DNA from: Eledone cirrhosa
Lineage: Eukaryota
Assembly (NCBI GenBank): GCA_964016885.1
Contig: OZ024745.1
Coordinates: 94,426,001-94,490,000 of the forward strand
Length of the DNA stretch: 64,000 nucleotides
Reading direction: 5' to 3'
Part shown: positions 51,781 through 64,000 of the stretch, one piece after another
How the letters are laid out: each line of letters starts with the position of its first letter
Numbering within the stretch: position 1 is the stretch's first letter
Position numbers and translations under genes: made by a program
Notes under the pieces: generated by a model
Database searches by the model: none
What the model was told of the DNA's origin: nothing
The model's input: only the letters and a program-made list of their open reading frames with translations

Positions 51781-52750
51781 GTGTGCCCAGGCGCTCACGG
51801 CTCTCTGGCAGGCGGACCCGGCTGTCAGTGGAGAATCCACCTCGTTATTCTATAGAGGCCTGGTGGTTAGCAGGTGCGACGACGCCCTCGGAGAAGCCCT
51901 AGGCATGGAGGAAGACGAACTGGCCAACCTGTTCGGTAGGACATTCAGCTCGGGACCCATGGATAACTTCCAGAGGTCCCTGGCCTGGCAGTGCTACAGA
52001 AGGGTTCTGCCCGTTCGAGAAAGGCTCTACAGACACGGGCGCCCGGGTAGGGACCCCTCGAAAAAGATCTGTCCCAGATGCGTGTGCGACGAGGAAACCG
52101 TTGCACACGCATTGGTACACTGCTCGGGCATTGCCGATCTGTGGGGCTATGTCTAACAACTGCTGTCAAGGGTGGGACCGATCCGGTTGACACCGAGTCT
52201 ATTGTAACAATCAAGCCGCCTCCCCTCTTCAAAAACGAAGGAGAGGCGGTGTTTCTGTGCGTAATAGCCATGGCGAAAGAGGTTGTATGGTGGACGCGTC
52301 TGAAAGGACTGAGGTCAGACACCTTTCTCTCTGGCCAACAACTGGTCCGTTTCTTTCGATATCATTTCGGAAGAAGGATCAGGATGGAGAGAGAGGTGCT
52401 GTACCCCAGCCGTTTTATGAAAGATGGGTGAAAGTGGTGAGAATGGCCCGTGTGAATGGGCCTTCACTCCACATCAGACTATAGGTGAGGAAGATGAAAG
52501 ACCAAGGGAGCACCCCCTCTCTGTGCTCCTGAGGAGAAGGGTTGCACACTTTGTTTCGGGGGTGTGTGCGACCCCCCAAGGCGCCTCCTCCCTATTGAGG
52601 ATTTTGTTATAAATTTTATTTTGTTATATTTTATTTTATTTTTATATTTTGTTATTGCCTCCTCCTTATTGAGGTCGCCTTGTCATGTAAACTCCCTCCA
52701 TTGTACTTGTCCCACTTTTTGATGCCCTGGTGGCAAATAAAAAGAAAATG
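51781..52750 (+). mobile_element. Tx1 copy F, ~1-kb 3' fragment of the B subfamily
   Basis: Colinear with 41364-42330; followed by (TATC)n 52751-52847. Confidence 0.92.
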
Positions 52751-52846
<96 letters not shown>

Positions 52847-52847
52847 C

Positions 52848-55800
52848 TGGGATGGACACATGTGTTAAACTTGCTCGGTAAGTTTTGTTTAAATTTCTTT
52901 AGAAATTCGTCATTGTGAACTTTTATTTTTATACCAATTTGTAGAGGGACTGACTGGTCAAATTTTGATCTGGTCAGTCTCCCAAAATATCGTGCCCCTC
53001 AGGGCAAAAACATCCAACATATTTTCGAAAATGTTTTTGCAAAACACTTCAATTTAAAAAAAATGGCCGAAGCAAAGGCACCTACTTTTTTGTCAATACA
53101 AGAAGATGGGAAGGGAAAGCCATGCCTACTTGACCAGCAGCTAGTATCAGACATGGACAAAGGAATGCCAACATCCTCACCTCAATATTTAGAAGAGGAA
53201 CAAGCTTCAGTTGTTTGTAAGCAACTGAACACGGCTGACGTCACATACGTCACATGTATCCACATACAGAAGGAAGAATGTGTAGCAAATACTAACACCA
53301 CCACAAGCAACAACAACAACAACACAATAAATTAGAACAACAACAATACAACAAAAGGAATCAGCGACAACACAACGAATGAGACCATCATCACCAACAA
53401 CAACAATAACAAAATTTCATTTGCAGCAACCGTTGCTATGCAACAGGATTTTAAATATTACCCCATGGACATTTCCCAAAAGTCCAAACATTTGGAAGAA
53501 GCTTCCAACTATGTGACGTTTGAGGGAGACACCCCACACATACACATACCCCCACAAGTAAGAGAGATGACACAGAAAAAGAAACTGATCTATAGAACAG
53601 TTGACATCATTACTAAAAAACCCATAACGCTCCCAACAAGCACTATTGAAGCTGCACTAAAAGTTATCAAGCCAGACGTGGCATACCTCCAAAGAGCTAA
53701 ACAGTATGGAAGTGTGTCAGTTCTCTTTAAGAGCGAAACTCTGGCTCAAAAACACTCGGTTCACCCAATAAAAACGGATCAACACATCTTCTTCCCCACA
53801 TACATGGGAAGAAGATCTTACAAAATAAAAATAACCAGGATCCCAGCAGAGGTCAACATATGGTGGATCCTGCGCTGCATCCCGAAGAAGGATGAGAACA
53901 CCCTCCTATCTGTAGACAGGACAGACCGGAATAACTGGTTTGCAACCTGCATCGAGGTTCTGATACAAATTAGGCCAGAGAGAGTTGAGAAAATCCCGGA
54001 CAGGATCATCCTGTGGATCATTTTAGTGGAGGGAAAAAGACCTCAGTGCCATAAGTGTGGGAAAACCACACCTAAAGGCTTTTTGCCCTCTCTTAAACAA
54101 ACCGAGGACAAACAGGGTGTTTTACCAGCACCAAAACCCCAACATCAACACCTCAAACAAAACACAACACAAAAACCTGCAACATCCACTCCCACACCAC
54201 CAGAGACCAGAGACAGCCACACACACACAATCCCACTGAAAACCCCTCCATTGCCTCCTCACTCCCTGTCAAATACTTCCACAAACACCTGCACAAACAC
54301 TCCACCACACAACATACCCCTCCCATCTACCCTTGATTCATAAGTCTCAGACACGGGAACCTCTACATCTCCAAATGAGAATGACGAGGAACCCCAAAAA
54401 TCAAAAAACAAAAAAGAGACAAAAAAACAAAAACAAAAACATCTACAGAAAACCCGCACACACCCAACCCCCCATAAACACACCGCCACAAACGACAAAC
54501 ACACCAACAACACAATCACCACCAACACAACCAAACACTTCACCAACAAAACAAACACCGACACCACCACAATCACAAACCCCAACCACAAAAAGAAAAC
54601 TACAAAGAGAAACTACACATTAAAAACAAAACACACTACACATACATAAAAACAACAAACAAAGAACTAGTAGAAACTGTCCGAAAGGACCCTACTATCA
54701 AAACGGAAGGGAAAACCTTCCCCACCAACGACCCACCCCAAACCTCAAACTGATCAGGGTAACAACCCTACAACATGAAACATTGAAAGGGACCTTCCCA
54801 CACGATGTGAGCCCACCTTGCCAAAAAAACCTTAACCGTGTCCTGCTAAAAGGATTCCCTCCCTCCCCAAATACCACCAATCTGGACATGGAGATCGAAC
54901 AACCCGACCTCCAAGAAACGAAAAGGTAAGTGTTCCTGCCTTTTCTCTCCCTAACTCTTCTTCACCAACATGGCGACTATACAAGCTGGATGTTTGAATG
55001 TACGTGGCCGGGGCATGCCCTGGAAACAGTGCTAGCTTTTAAATGATCTCAGGTCACATTGTATAGATGTGATAGCCATCACCGAGTCCAGGATTCACGA
55101 CAAGCAGCAGCTAACCCCCATGTTCGATGACTTTGAGATCTACGCATCTCTCTGTTAGCCAGGAGGTGGAGGAGGAGTTGCTGTTCTGTTTCGAATAAAC
55201 TTGAATCTCAAAGCACAGACGATTCACTTGGACCCGGAGGGCAGCATGGTGGTCCTGGAGGTGAATGGTAGTGAAGGTGGAGCTTTCAGACTGGTGGCCG
55301 TATATGCCCCGACTAGGACATCACGATCAGAGTTCTTCAAGCGTCTGGAACCATTCCTGGGAACGTCTCGCTCCTTAGTGTTAGCGGGGGACTGGAATGG
55401 CATCTTAAATGCCGGTTGGGACTATGTAGGTGCTTGTGATCATAGAGAGGCGGGGGGTGTGATAGCCTCAAAAATCTCATCAGTCAATTCCAACTGGCTG
55501 ATAGATATCGACGAGACTTCCCATATGTACCACTGTGGACGTGGAGCAACTGCACTGGGTCTTCTAGATCGTATTTAGATAGATTTTTAATTAGACAGAA
55601 TGATAAGGAAACATTAAGCTGTCCACAAATGCACATGGTTGCCTATTCAGACCAAAAATTAGTCACCTGCGTAGTTAACCTTGATATAACACATAGACAG
55701 GGATCCGGATAGTGGAAGCTAAACATGTCGCTTCCGGCGCGTAAGGCCTACAGTTAACTGATTAGCACCTTAGTTAAGTGCCAGTTGACGGGGGCGATCG

Positions 55801-58641
55801 TCAACAACAGGTGGTGGAGCTCTCTCAAGAGAGAAATTAGAATAGAATCGATAGCATTTAGCAAGGAAGTAGCTTTAGAAAAAAGCAAAACCGAAAAGGA
55901 ACTGGTAGCTAAAGTAGAAGAGGCACTTAGGAATGGCAGTACAGCTGACATGTTAGCGGCGAGAACGGCACTAGACCAGTTGTTCAACGTGAAACACGAA
56001 GGTTGTATTGTCAGAAGTAGAATACGTGCTCTAAGAGACGAGGGAGCCAAAGCTGTTAGCAGGTCGAGAGTGACAGAGGCGAAAAGTGGCAACAAATCCA
56101 CAAATCGGTCTTTGCAAGACAAAGATGGACGCATTCTACTTGAATCCAAGCAGATGTGCACGGCCTTCCAGCAGTATTTTGCACAACTGTTCGGACAAAG
56201 CGGTACTTCATGGGAGGTGATGGACTTCAGCTCCTATCTCGACAGCGTATGACGACTCTCAAGCACGGATGCAGAGAGCTACGAAAGGCCGATCACAGCG
56301 GGCGAAATAGAAGATTCCCTAGGCCGCTGCGGGAAACGCAAATCACCCGGTTTAAAAGGTCTACCCTATGAGTTGTACATAGGCATGCCAGACTTGTTCT
56401 CTGGCGTCCTCGAAGCGGTCTACTGCAACTGGCAGCAGAACAGGAGGATTCCCAGTTCTGTAGGCAGAGGCGTAGTAACGCTGATCAGGAAAGATGAGAA
56501 CAAGGGGGATGAGATAAGCAATTTCAGGCCCATAACTCTGCTCAACACAGAGTTAAAGATTTTGGCCAAGGTGTTAGCAGCGAAGCTGGCGCTTGTCGTC
56601 GAGAACTAGGCAGGGGGAGCGCAAATGTGTGCACTCCCAACCAAGTCCATACACGACAACCTCCACCTCATGCGATACATCATAGAGAAGGTAGGGTGTA
56701 AACCTGGTTTCGGTGGGGCTCTGATCAATTTAGATCAGTCTAAGGCATTTGATAGGGTCGACGATCAATACATTGAAGCGGTTCTCAAGGTGGCTGGCTT
56801 CAGTCCCGTCTTCAGAGGCTGGATAGCTGCCATCCACACCAGCATCTGCTCGACAGTCAAGGTGAATGGCTACCTATCGGAGTCATTCCAAATCATGCGT
56901 TCCATCCGTCAGGGGTGCCCTATATCCTTCATTCTGTGTGTACTGACTCTCAAGCCATTACTGCGGAAGTTGGAGTTGTTGCAGGGCATACCGATCGACC
57001 CAAGACTGGGGAAAGCAGCGTCGTTCTATGCCAACGAGATAACCGTAATGGTGTCGAGAACCTTGGACATCGGGGTAATCGGCAACCTATTATAGGAATA
57101 CGAAACGTTGACAGGAGCAAGACTAAACCCTAAAAGGTCTGTCGGTTTGCAACTCGGCACATTGAGGAGCAACCCCATGCCTTCCGACAGTGACGTTGGT
57201 GAAATTGCTCGGGGTCTGGTTTGGTCCAGACCGCCAAGTGGACAAGAACTGGAACGAGGTCACGGCGAAGGTGTTTGCACTCACCCAGAAGTGGGCTGAG
57301 TGCAAACTCTCCTTGAAAGGTCGAGCGGAGGTGGCGAACACTTACATAGCGTCCGTCATCTACTACCGCTTGACAGTCGTGCCTTGTCCCGGCGAATACC
57401 TCACCAAAATGGAACGCCTATTCTTCAAGTTCCTCTGGAAGAAACAGGCTCCATTGGTGAGGAAATCCATCCGCTGTCAACACCCTTCTAACGGAGATCT
57501 GGGCATGCCATGGCTGATGATGTGCATGCATGCGCTGAGGCTACGCCATCTCCAGGTATTTCTGACCGGCACACCACCGGTGTGGCTGACATTTGTGAGA
57601 TGAGCTCTTCCACAACTCGTCTCACTAACAGAGCTGCAGTCCTGGGTCAAGCGAAGACCGAAAATGGGCGCCTGGCACCTTGAGTGCCTTCAAGCGTCTC
57701 AGCCCTCTACCAAGTGGAAACGGCATTCAGCGGAGACTCCACTTCGACATTCTATAGGGGATTAGTGGAGGATAAATGCGACGACGTTCTCGAGGAAACT
57801 CTAGGCATCGAGGAAGGCGAACTGACCAGTCTGTTCTGGAGGACTTTCCGTCCAGGGCCTATGGATAACTTAAAGAGGACTCTGGCCTGGCAGTGCTACC
57901 GAGGAGCTCTACCAGTTCGAGACAAAATCTACAGGCACGGACGCCCTGGCAGAGATCCTGCCAATAGGACCTGTCCAAGATGCGAGCAGGACATCGAAAC
58001 CATCCTGCACGCAATTGTTCAGCGCCCAGGGGTGACCGACCTGTGGAATTATGTTCAGCAGCTGCTGTCACGTGTAGGACACATCCAGTTGTCAGCCGAG
58101 TCCATCGTGAGGATCACCCCTCCGCATACATTTAAGAACGAAGTAGAGGCGGTTTTCCTCTGTCTAGTGGCTATGGCGAAAGAGGTAATATGGTGAACGA
58201 GGTTAAAAGGACTGAGGGCAAGCACCTTTCTATCCGGACAACAACTCATCCCCTTCTTTAAGTATCACTCAGAAGGAAGGTGAGTGTGGAGAGAGAGGTG
58301 CTACACCCCAGTAAATTCGCTGAAAGGTGGGTGAATGTGGCGAAAATGGCCCGGGTGAATGGGCCTTCTCTGTATATAAACCTATAAGTTGAGGAAGATA
58401 AACATAGGGAAGACGGGAACAACTACAAAACGTGTTCCTGGTGTTGAGGGTTGTTCTATCCACGGAGTGTAAAACAACTCACAGTAGCGTTACCCCCCCC
58501 CCTAACGGGCGATTTCAATTGTTTTATTTTTATATAGTTTATTGTTATATATCATTGTTAAAGATTTTATGAAAAACCCCAGCCGTCATCTCTTGTAATG
58601 TCCCATTTTTGTACGCCCCTGTGGCAAATAAATAAAGATAA
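52848..58641 (+). mobile_element. Tx1 copy G, full length, decayed
   Basis: 5'UTR like copy B (GATGGACACATGTG..GCTCGGTAAG); ORF1 53063-54929 and ORF2 54970-58387 with stops; ends GTGGCAAATAAATAAAG..CTATCTATC. Confidence 0.92.
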
Positions 58642-58677
58642 CTATCTATCCCTCTCTCTCTTTCTTTCTCTCTTTCT

Positions 58678-58820
58678 ATATATATATATACATACATACA
58701 TATATCAATACATACATATATCATATATATACATGTGTGTCCATGAGAGAGAGAGAGAGAGAGGGGGATAGACAGATAAATAGGTAGGTAAACAGATAGA
58801 TCCATAAAACATACATACAT

Positions 58821-58884
<64 letters not shown>

Positions 58885-58903
58885 TATATCAATACATGCA
58901 TAT

Positions 58904-58962
<59 letters not shown>

Positions 58963-59000
58963 TATATCAATAATATATACATATATCAATACATGCATAT

Positions 59001-59063
<63 letters not shown>

Positions 59064-59084
59064 TATATCAATACATGCATATAT

Positions 59085-59112
<28 letters not shown>
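58678..59112. repeat. Compound repeat: AATATATACATATATCAATACATGCATATATCA + (TA)n
   Basis: Unit recurs at about 58874, 58972, 59055 with partial copies. Confidence 0.85.
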
Positions 59113-59115
<3 letters not shown>

Positions 59116-59169
59116 GTGTCCACATACTTGGACACACACGGCCACACACGGCCACACATAGGAAAGGAA

Positions 59170-59662
59170 TTAATCAACTTCTGTACTTCATTGGTAGTTG
59201 AACTAATCTAACCTGGTGGAGGAAGGATCGAAGGCAAATTTGACTTCGAAAGGATTTGAAATCAGAAAGTAGCGTACCGGAAATACAACATAAACAACAA
59301 CAATAACAACAAGAACCCCACAACAACAACAACAGCCAAAATACTGGTTACTGATTTAGGCATATTGCCATCAATTTTGGGCGAAGGCGAAGTTGATCAA
59401 GTCGACTCCTGTTCGTTACTGGTACTTTATTTTATCGATCCCCTAATAATGATTTCTGATACAGGCACGAGACCAAGGATTTTGGAGGAGGGGAAAGTCG
59501 ATTAAACCGACCCAGTGTATTATTGGTACTCTATTTTATCGATACCCTTAAAAAACAATAATGGTTTCTGATTTAAGGACAAGGCCAACGGCTTTGAGGG
59601 AGAGGAAAAGTCGATTAAATCGACCCCAGTGCATTACTGGTAGTTTATTTTATTGACCCCTG
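59170..59662 (-). mobile_element. Degenerate SINE plus three tandem SINE 3' halves, minus strand
   Basis: Repeated GGAAAGTCGATTAAATCGACCCCAGT..CTGGTACTTTATTTTATCGA.CCC. Confidence 0.75.
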
Positions 59663-60055
59663 AAACAATCAATAATAAAAACAATTAATCACAATGACAT
59701 TCACATGTAATACAGTAAGTATTATATACACAGAGCTTACACTAAATGTGGAGTTGTACAAACAATGTTAAGTAAAAACGAGTGTAGACTTATTAATTTG
59801 AGGCGTCTTTTAGTAAATTAAGTTCACTGTTTATCGAGTGTCGCTGTGATTTCTTTTGATCCAGCATCTTTTCTACTATTTCTTTTCTTTCTTTGTTTCT
59901 TTGTTTCTTTATTTCTTTATTCATTTATTCAATTTAAACGTCCGTATAGAGCTAGTAAGCTATGACGGACAGGGGAAGTATCGAGTACTCCTTATAGTCG
60001 GTAATCAAAAAGAATTACTGGGACAAGTAATGAAAAAAAAAAAATTAAAAAGGGG

Positions 60056-60283
60056 GAAATAAAATAAAACAAAATAAAAATAAAAATAAAAATAAAAATA
60101 AAAATAAAAATAAAAATAAAAATAAAAATAAAAATAAAAATAAAAATAAAAATAAAAATAAAAATAAAAATAAAAATAAAAATAAAAATAAAAATAAAAA
60201 TAAAAATAAAAATAAAAATAAAAATAAAAATAAAAATAAAAATAAAAATAAAAATAAAAATAAAAATAAAAATGAAAATGAAA
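60056..60283. repeat. (TAAAAA)n hexamer microsatellite
   Basis: Directly visible. Confidence 0.98.
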
Positions 60284-60614
60284 ATTTCAAATATTGAAGG
60301 CCAATGGGAGGCAGATTATGCATCTTGCTGCTCCTTTCGTTTTATTGTAACATCATATATTAAAACAATCTCAAAAAGAGAGAACTTACGTTTATCTCAG
60401 ATATTGGGATAGTTGTTCAGATTTTATTGAGCCTTGCTGTTTTTAAAATAATCAAGACAGAACATTTTTCATCCAGTAAACCTTCGTAAAACGTCGCTAT
60501 GATTGGATCTGTCTTAAGCGGCGTCCGTCCATGTCAATAGCAAAAATAATGATATATAATTCTGACCCAAGGCTAGCAAGTTTTATCAAACCCACTACTT
60601 AACTGTTACTTTAT

Positions 60615-60740
<126 letters not shown>

Positions 60741-60807
60741 GTAGAACACTGGAAGGTAATATCCGTAGTGGTAGAGCACTCAGTCCATGGGACGAGTTAG
60801 GTAGTAG

Positions 60808-60929
60808 AAGTGGTTACACAACAGTTAGTTCACCATACCGAGAACAATTGTTCCACCTTAGCGGATCCTCAGCTCGGATCCGTTAACAATTGTTCTCGGT
60901 ATGGTGAACTAACTGTTGTGTAACCACTT
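60808..60929. repeat. Palindrome with perfect 45-bp arms and a hammerhead-like motif (60838-60877, minus)
   Basis: Arms 60808-60852 / 60885-60929; minus strand CCGAG CTGAGGA tCCgctaaGGt GGAA CAATTG TT CTCGG (GAAA changed to GGAA). Confidence 0.85.
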
Positions 60930-61076
60930 ATATATATATATATATATATATTAATAAGAGGAATTCCAACTTTGTCTGATTTACTCGTTTTATTTACAAT
61001 CCTTTAAAATATATATAATATAATATGGTATTATAATGAAATAGTATAATAGAATATTAAATTCTAAGTGTTAATA

Positions 61077-61113
61077 GAACAAGTACTTTCATGCTTTCGC
61101 AATCTTCAGATTC
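61077..61113 (-). ncRNA. Minimal hammerhead in inverted pLTR (sense copy at 62049-62085 has G8 to A)
   Basis: GAAT CTGAAGA tTGCgaaaGCAt GAAA GTAC TT GTTC; palindromic stem III AGTACT. Confidence 0.7.
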
Positions 61114-61217
61114 ATGATATGTGGTGACAGTCGAGTTTGCAATTTTCAACTGTAATGAGATGGGTAAATTTACTACCTTTTATACATTTTATACAGAGAA
61201 AAGTGGCTCCGGAATGC

Positions 61218-61673
61218 AAAAATTTGAAGCAATTGCTAACAAAAGCAAAGTTTGACCTTAACAACAAAGACCAATCATTCACTGTATCTAAATGCAATGA
61301 TAATCGATGCGGCACATGTCAATCCATACACGCCGGTCAATATATGAAAACAAAAACTGGAAAAATATTCCCAAATGCAAATATGAACTGCAAAAGCAGA
61401 AATCTAATTTACTGCATTAAATGCCCGAATTGTGAAGAACTATATGTCGGTCAAACTGAAAATGCACTATCGGAACGTGCACGGGTACACCGTCAACAAA
61501 TCAGAGACCCAAATGTCCGTCAGATACCCCTAAGCGGCGACCTGGCAACATGTGGTCAGGGAATATTTATAATATTCCCATTCTACAAATTACACAGCCC
61601 AAGTGAAATCAAGAGAAAAATCAAAGAAAATAATTTTATTGATAAATTCAAACCCAAGCTAAATGAACAATAA
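61218..61673 (+). pseudogene. Truncated PLE Cys-rich linker + GIY-YIG endonuclease
   Basis: KNLKQLLTKAKF..CNDNRCGTC..MNCKSRNLIYCIKCPNCEELYVGQT..LSERARVHRQQIR..E..I..FKPKLN; upstream ORF part is only the inverted repeat. Confidence 0.85.
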
Positions 61674-62458
61674 TAACGCCTAGGGGTATTACTTCTACTA
61701 CCACTATGACCACGACCACTAACAACAACAACAACAACAATAATAATAATAATAAAAGTGATGTTGATGGTGATGATTAATAGAAAATGCTATTTTCATC
61801 ATTTCAAAAAGCAAAACAATTGATACGTTGGGTATGACTATTGGTCGTTAGCATGCTCAACCAGCCGTGACGCTTAAACCAATCAACTGTAGTAATTCAG
61901 TGAAACTACACACTGATTGGTCGAAATACAGTTTACAGGGCTTTGCATTCCGGAGCCACTTTTCTCTGTATAAAATGTATAAAAGGTAGTAAATTTACCC
62001 ATCTCATTACAGTTGAAAATTGCAAACTCGACTGTCACCACATATCATGAACCTGAAAATTGCGAAAGCATGAAAGTACTTGTTCAATTAACACTTAGAA
62101 TTTAATATTCTATCATACTATTTCATTATAATACCATATTATATTATATATATTTTAAAGGATTGTAAATAAAACGAGTAAATCAGACAAAGTTGGAATT
62201 CCTCTTATTAATATAATCTTCTATACACAATCATACACACCCGTGTATATTTACTTATCTATATATATATATAATAAATATATATAGGGAGATATATTTT
62301 AATTATGTCTCATATAAAAAAATACAACTGGCTTTCCGCAAAATACATATAGTTAGCACCCAAACGTAAAATTGGGATTATACTAAGGTATATCCTAATG
62401 TTTGTTGAGTGAGTTGGTAGCCAGTCAGAGTATAGCTTAAAGCTTTCTCTGTTAATGT

Positions 62459-62489
<31 letters not shown>

Positions 62490-62544
62490 TGCAGAAGAGT
62501 GTTGATTTTCTTAGTTGTTATCTTGCCGGTTCAACAGCTAGTTC

Positions 62545-62579
<35 letters not shown>

Positions 62580-62848
62580 GGTGTCCCTCCTTTATCAGTT
62601 TTACTCAATATCTGAAGTAAATAAATGAATAGTAAGATAAATAGAAAAAATATACCTAATTCGTCCTTTCATTGAGGTGGTTTCTTGAAAAGTTAATAGT
62701 CTCACATCCCTGGTTCACTTTAGTTGCACTCGTCAAAACTGTACAGTCGGTCGGGACTTATATATATATATATATACTATCCAAGGATAACTTGAACCGT
62801 TAAGGTATATTCTCCTTGGTTATGTCAAAATTTATAAAACACACTTCG

Positions 62849-62910
62849 TATTTTATCTGATGATAACGTACCAACATTTTTGGTACCCTTGAAATATATA
62901 TAATAGAATA
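62849..62910 (+). ncRNA. Hammerhead motif in a 62778-62954 insert related to the 26790 palindrome
   Basis: TATTTTAT CTGATGA taacGTACCAA..TTGGTACcctt GAAA TATATA TA ATAGAATA. Confidence 0.65.
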
Positions 62911-62949
62911 AATATGATTTTATAAATATAGTTTCCATTTATTTATTAT

Positions 62950-63015
<66 letters not shown>

Positions 63016-63147
63016 AGATAAATCTACCAAGAGTTTACGGTAGTGTCCAATCCGTATGAAGAACTCAATGTAATCCGGATATCATGGAAAGAAGAGATGC
63101 AACGAAAAATCACTTTCGGTGAAAGATAAACGGAATACAGAGTCAAG

Positions 63148-63565
63148 ATAAAATATAAAAAAAATAATGAATAAAACAATGAAACAGTTCCTTATATTAA
63201 ACAAAAAAAGTTCATTATTTAACGATCGTTTCTAGGATATATATGTGTTAGAAATGGCATGCATATTCAACAGATCTATGTACAAAATTATACAAAATTA
63301 TACAAACTATCAAAATTAAATATACATACCAAACACATATATATGCCGTCTTCAGAAATATTATTTCTGAAGACGGCATATATATGTGTTTGGTATGTAT
63401 ATTTAATTTTGATAGTTTGTATAATTTTGTATAATTTTGTACATAGATCTGTTGAATATGCATGCCATTTCTAACACATATATATCCTAGAAACGATCGT
63501 TAAATAATGAACTTTTTTTGTTTAATATAAGGAACTGTTTCATTGTTTTATTCATTATTTTTTTA

Positions 63566-63574
<9 letters not shown>
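63148..63574. repeat. Near-perfect 427-bp palindrome centred on 63361 with two divergent hammerhead-like motifs
   Basis: Arms about 213 bp, one mismatch seen; plus strand 63361-63507: TTATTT CTGAAGA..(~115 nt)..GAAA CGATCG TT AAATAA. Confidence 0.92.
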
Positions 63575-63634
<60 letters not shown>

Positions 63635-63652
63635 ATATATATATATATATAT

Positions 63653-63691
<39 letters not shown>

Positions 63692-63722
63692 TATATATAT
63701 ATATAGTAATATATATATATAT

Positions 63723-64000
63723 GTGCTGCTGTATGGGTCTGAGACTTGGACACTGACCAAGAGACTCACTCAGATAGTGGATGGGTGCTACACGAGAATG
63801 CTGAGGATGGCTCTGAACATTAATCAGTATACACTGAGGATGAAAAACTCAGAGCTGTATGGGAGCATCCCAAAAGTCAGCTCAAAAGTGACACAGAGGA
63901 GACTGAGGTTGGCTGGACATGCTCACCGACATCCAGAGTTGACATTGCACTCGGTGCTCCTTTGGGAGCCCCTACATGGACACACTAGAAGAGGAAGACC
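63723..64000 (+). mobile_element. 5'-truncated RTE-clade LINE fragment, runs off window
   Basis: Open frame VLLYGSETWTLTKR..DGCYTRMLRMALNI..ELYGSIPKVS..RRLRLAGHAHRHPE..VLLWEPLHG.TRRGR. Confidence 0.85.

Larger units (their letters stand above)
60947..62260 (+). mobile_element. 5'-truncated Penelope-like element with inverted pLTR copy and 3' tail, inserted in (TA)n
   Basis: 274-bp inverted repeats 60947-61220 / 61942-62215, ~45-bp unpaired tail 62216-62260, GIY-YIG ORF inside. Confidence 0.88.

Noticed and set aside
63248-63474. Twin 71-aa ORFs on opposite strands
   Set aside because: Direct consequence of the palindrome; no recognisable protein features

Overview
Eukaryotic, AT-rich, repeat-saturated window with no confidently identifiable host exon. 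The repeat types (tRNA-derived SINEs with a GCCTTTCATCCTT.CGGGGTCGATAAAAT core, abundant (TA)n/(CA)n/(TATC)n tracts) suggest a coleoid cephalopod such as Octopus; this is inference. Contents: SINE clusters; a decayed R4/Dong-type REL-endonuclease LINE (9971-14190, minus); a 4.7 kb 24-bp satellite; a 28 kb head-to-tail stack of seven L1/Tx1-clade LINE pieces, each bounded by (TATC)n, one with intact ORF1 and ORF2; RTE, mariner and MITE remnants; and three Penelope-like (GIY-YIG) fragments. The main non-coding signal is about a dozen hammerhead-ribozyme-like motifs read by eye. Most lie in palindromic inserts within (TA)n tracts. Two (16649-16721 plus, 6070-6145 minus) have their three segments in a non-circularly permuted order, with different but complementary helix sequences between the copies. 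The Tx1 elements also show a length-conserved 5'UTR GT-AG intron, and a splice donor and acceptor that coincide with the ORF1 and ORF2 stop codons.
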